A program made the translations under genes and the position numbers. This document shows positions 61,524-64,000 of a stretch of DNA of 64,000 bases, piece after piece (the first letter of the stretch is position 1; each line of letters begins with the position of its first letter). This DNA comes from Macrostomum lignano (lineage: Eukaryota), in contig NIVC01003660.1 in the NCBI GenBank assembly GCA_002269645.1, positions 20,695 to 84,694 of the forward strand, given 5' to 3'. The notes beneath the pieces were generated by a model. That model saw only the letters and a program-made list of their open reading frames with translations. It had not been told where the DNA came from and did no database searches.

Positions 61524-64000
61524 TCTTCTTCTTATCTTAGCTGCAGGGCGGTCCGAAGACGCAGCGGGGAGGCGAGCGTCGCCCATTCCGCTAATCCCTG
61601 AAAGACCCGCATAGGCTAGGGCGCGGGGCCGGTCAGGGAGGTCTGCCGGTCCTGTCTGCAGCGTTGTCTTCGGTGGGGAAGACGGAGGCTCGCTTGGTGG
61701 CCCGGAGGAACCGGATGAGCCGTGGGATGTTCTCGGGCCGGCAAACGTCGTCCAGGGACGGGTTGGGCCCGAGGTGGTTGAGCCGGTCTCGGTTGAAGGC
61801 CGGGCAGTAGCAGACGAAGTGCATGGCATCTTCATTCTCGAGGCTGCAGAAGGGGCAGAGTTCACTCCGGCGAACACATCGGAGGAAGCAGTGCCTGGCA
61901 AAGCAACCGTGACCTGTGAAGGTCATAGTGAGAGCGCGGATATCTTTTCGATTTTGATTCAAAAGGATTCTCCGCAGCTTGAGGGACGGATTGGGCACTG
62001 CCGCACGAGATTGGCGGCAGTTGGAGATACCATCCCATCTGCGCAAGTGCAGGATGTCCGCCCAGTCGTTAATCTGACGATTAATGACTGTGGCGGGGAT
62101 GGGGGCCAGGGGCACGGGGCCAAGGGGCGAGCCGGAACAGCCCGCCTTAGCGAGGGAGTCGGCGAGCTCGTTACCTTTGAAGCCGGCGTGTCCTGGGATC
62201 CACGTGAGCCGGACGGTGTTCCTCCGAGCCAGCTTGTTGAGCTGCCCGATACAGTCGCGGACTGTTCGGGAGTTCGTAGTGGTGTGACACAGGGCCTGTA
62301 AAGCGGCCTGGCTGTCAGAGTGGAAGAAGATTCTTCTGTCCTTGAAGTCCTTGCGGTGGAGCTCAGCTGCACAGGAGCTGATGGCAAGGACTTCATTCTG
62401 GAAGACGCTGGAGAGTCTGCCAGTGTGTTGGGCGTGAGTAGCAATCACGCGGCCGTTGATAAGGATACAGACTCCAAAGCCGGATAAACCGTCTTTGGAG
62501 GATCCGTCAGTGAAGCAGTGAACCTCCTGAGGGGCCCAGCTGTCGTTGGCGTTCTCCCTGGAGGGGATCGTGACCTTGAAGCGTTGGTAGAGATTGAGGG
62601 AGCGCGGTTCAGCGTCCGAAAGGACAGCCGCACTCCCACTCTCCTCCAGAACTTTAAGGCACAGGTCAGAGTGCGGCAGGAGCTTGCGCTTCGCCATCGC
62701 TCTTTGTGGCTTGAAGCTAACACCAGCCTCGATGAGCCGGCGGGTGGTTTTAGCAGCCTCGCGACGGACAAAGATGTCCAGAGGCGGGAGGCAGAGAAAG
62801 GCGTTGAGGCCGTCAAAGGGAGCAGAGAGCGGGGCATTCAGGATCATGCGGCACGCACGTCCCTGCACCTTTTTGAGGGCTTCGTGGCAGGTTTTAATCT
62901 GCAAGGCGCTGGTCCAGACCAGACCGGCGTAAGTAACGGCCGGTCGGACCATTGCGGTATAAGGTCCACCAGAGCCGTTTCGGGGTGAGGCCCCAGGTGG
63001 TGCCGACGGCTCTGCGCAGCTGCGCAAGAATCGCGAGGGCTTTTTTGGTTTTGGCCTGGACGTGGGTGGACCAGCTCAGCCGGTGGTCCAGCGTAACGCC
63101 GAGACACTTGGTTTGCTTGCAGGATGGAATTTCCACCCCGTAAAGCTTTAGTGGGCGAATACGCCAGTTACCCTGCTGGTGAACATGATCGCGACAGTTT
63201 TGGTCTCGGAGAGCCTGAGGCCGCACACTGTCCGCCCAACGTTCAGCAGAGCGAATGAAGTTTTGCAGAAGATCTCTAAGGGTTTCAGGTGACGGTCCGG
63301 ATGCCACGGCTGTGACATCATCGGCGTAACCGACCTTGAGGATGGGGTCAAGATGGCTGTCCTGGAGGAGCTCATCGATGACCATGTTCCAGAGAACTGG
63401 AGAGAGGACACCGCCCCTGGGGCTGCCTTTGCAGACGGTTACCGTCCGTTGGTGGCGCAACAGGTGTGCGGGGCAGTACGGTGGCTGATCATATACATGA
63501 TCCACCGGGTGAGGTGCGAGTGGGTTTTTCTAGCACGTAGAGCTCTGTCAAAAGCCTCAAAAGAGGACATTATCAAAGGCTCCAACAATGTCGAGGAAGA
63601 CAGGCGAGAGCGTAGCCATTACCAAGAACGGCTTTCTCCAGCATGTCAACCAGAACGTGAAGCGCGCTCTCCGTGGACCTGCCTGCCCGAAAGGCATGCT
63701 GGTTCTCACTGAGCGGCTTGTTCTTCAGTTCCACCAAGAGGAGGCGCCAGAGCACCAGTCTCTCTAACAGCTTCACCAATGAGGAGGTGAGGCTAATTGG
63801 TCTGAAGGATTTAATGGACCGGTAGTCCGGTCGGCCAGGCTTGGGGATAAATACCACCTTGGCCTCGGTCCAGGATTTCGGAGCAAAGCCGAGCACAATG
63901 CAGGCTTTCAGAACCGCAAAGGTTCCGCAGGAAACCGGTGCATTTTCACCGCCTCCGCCAGGAAGGCTGGCACAACGCCGTCCGGTCCTGGGGATTTGAA
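61524..64000 (-). mobile_element. Non-LTR retrotransposon (LOA/R1/I-group-like) with RT and RNase H; 5' part beyond the window; multiple frameshifts
   Basis: RT motifs KSPGPDG, WTEAKVVFIPKPG..FRPISLTS, QHAFRAGRST, FLDIVGAFDN, GSP[Q]GGVLSP, GYADD and CLGVTLDHRLSW. RNase H motifs FTDGS, EVLAI, SDSQAAL and WIPGHAGFKGNELADSLAK. C-terminal CPFC..EDAMHFVCYC knuckle. TAAGA/AGA-type 3' tail at about 61524-61540. Confidence 0.93.

Overview
Animal genomic DNA with GC-rich exons and long introns full of simple repeats. It is probably from a flatworm such as Macrostomum; this is inferred from exon/intron style, TTAGGG tracts and the Mab-21 subtype, and is unverified. Genes reconstructed by hand from GT-AG junctions and codon phase: (1) the 5' part of mind bomb 1 (MIB1, minus strand, with a 1-nt frameshift in a homopolymer); (2) a stand-alone CNPase-type 2H phosphoesterase with both HxT motifs (13750-14412); (3) an internally deleted P/THAP-type DNA transposon with inverted ends just downstream of it; (4) a 5-exon, about 885-aa cGAS/Mab-21-like protein whose catalytic motif is degenerate (17768-22575); (5) a small membrane-protein gene whose stop codon and 3' UTR lie in a ~400-bp foldback; (6) an intronless F-box/LRR gene; (7) a gene of at least 9 exons joining a band-4.1 FERM domain to two tandem DDX1-type SPRY domains (39616-61019); (8) an antisense RT+RNase H non-LTR retrotransposon at the right edge. 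Most introns carry their own tandem array, and these arrays account for most long ORFs in the ORF track, which are spurious. The leading candidates for novelty are the FERM-SPRY-SPRY fusion, the pseudo-catalytic cGAS-like receptor, and its neighbouring 2H phosphodiesterase. Possible linkage between the last two is inference only.
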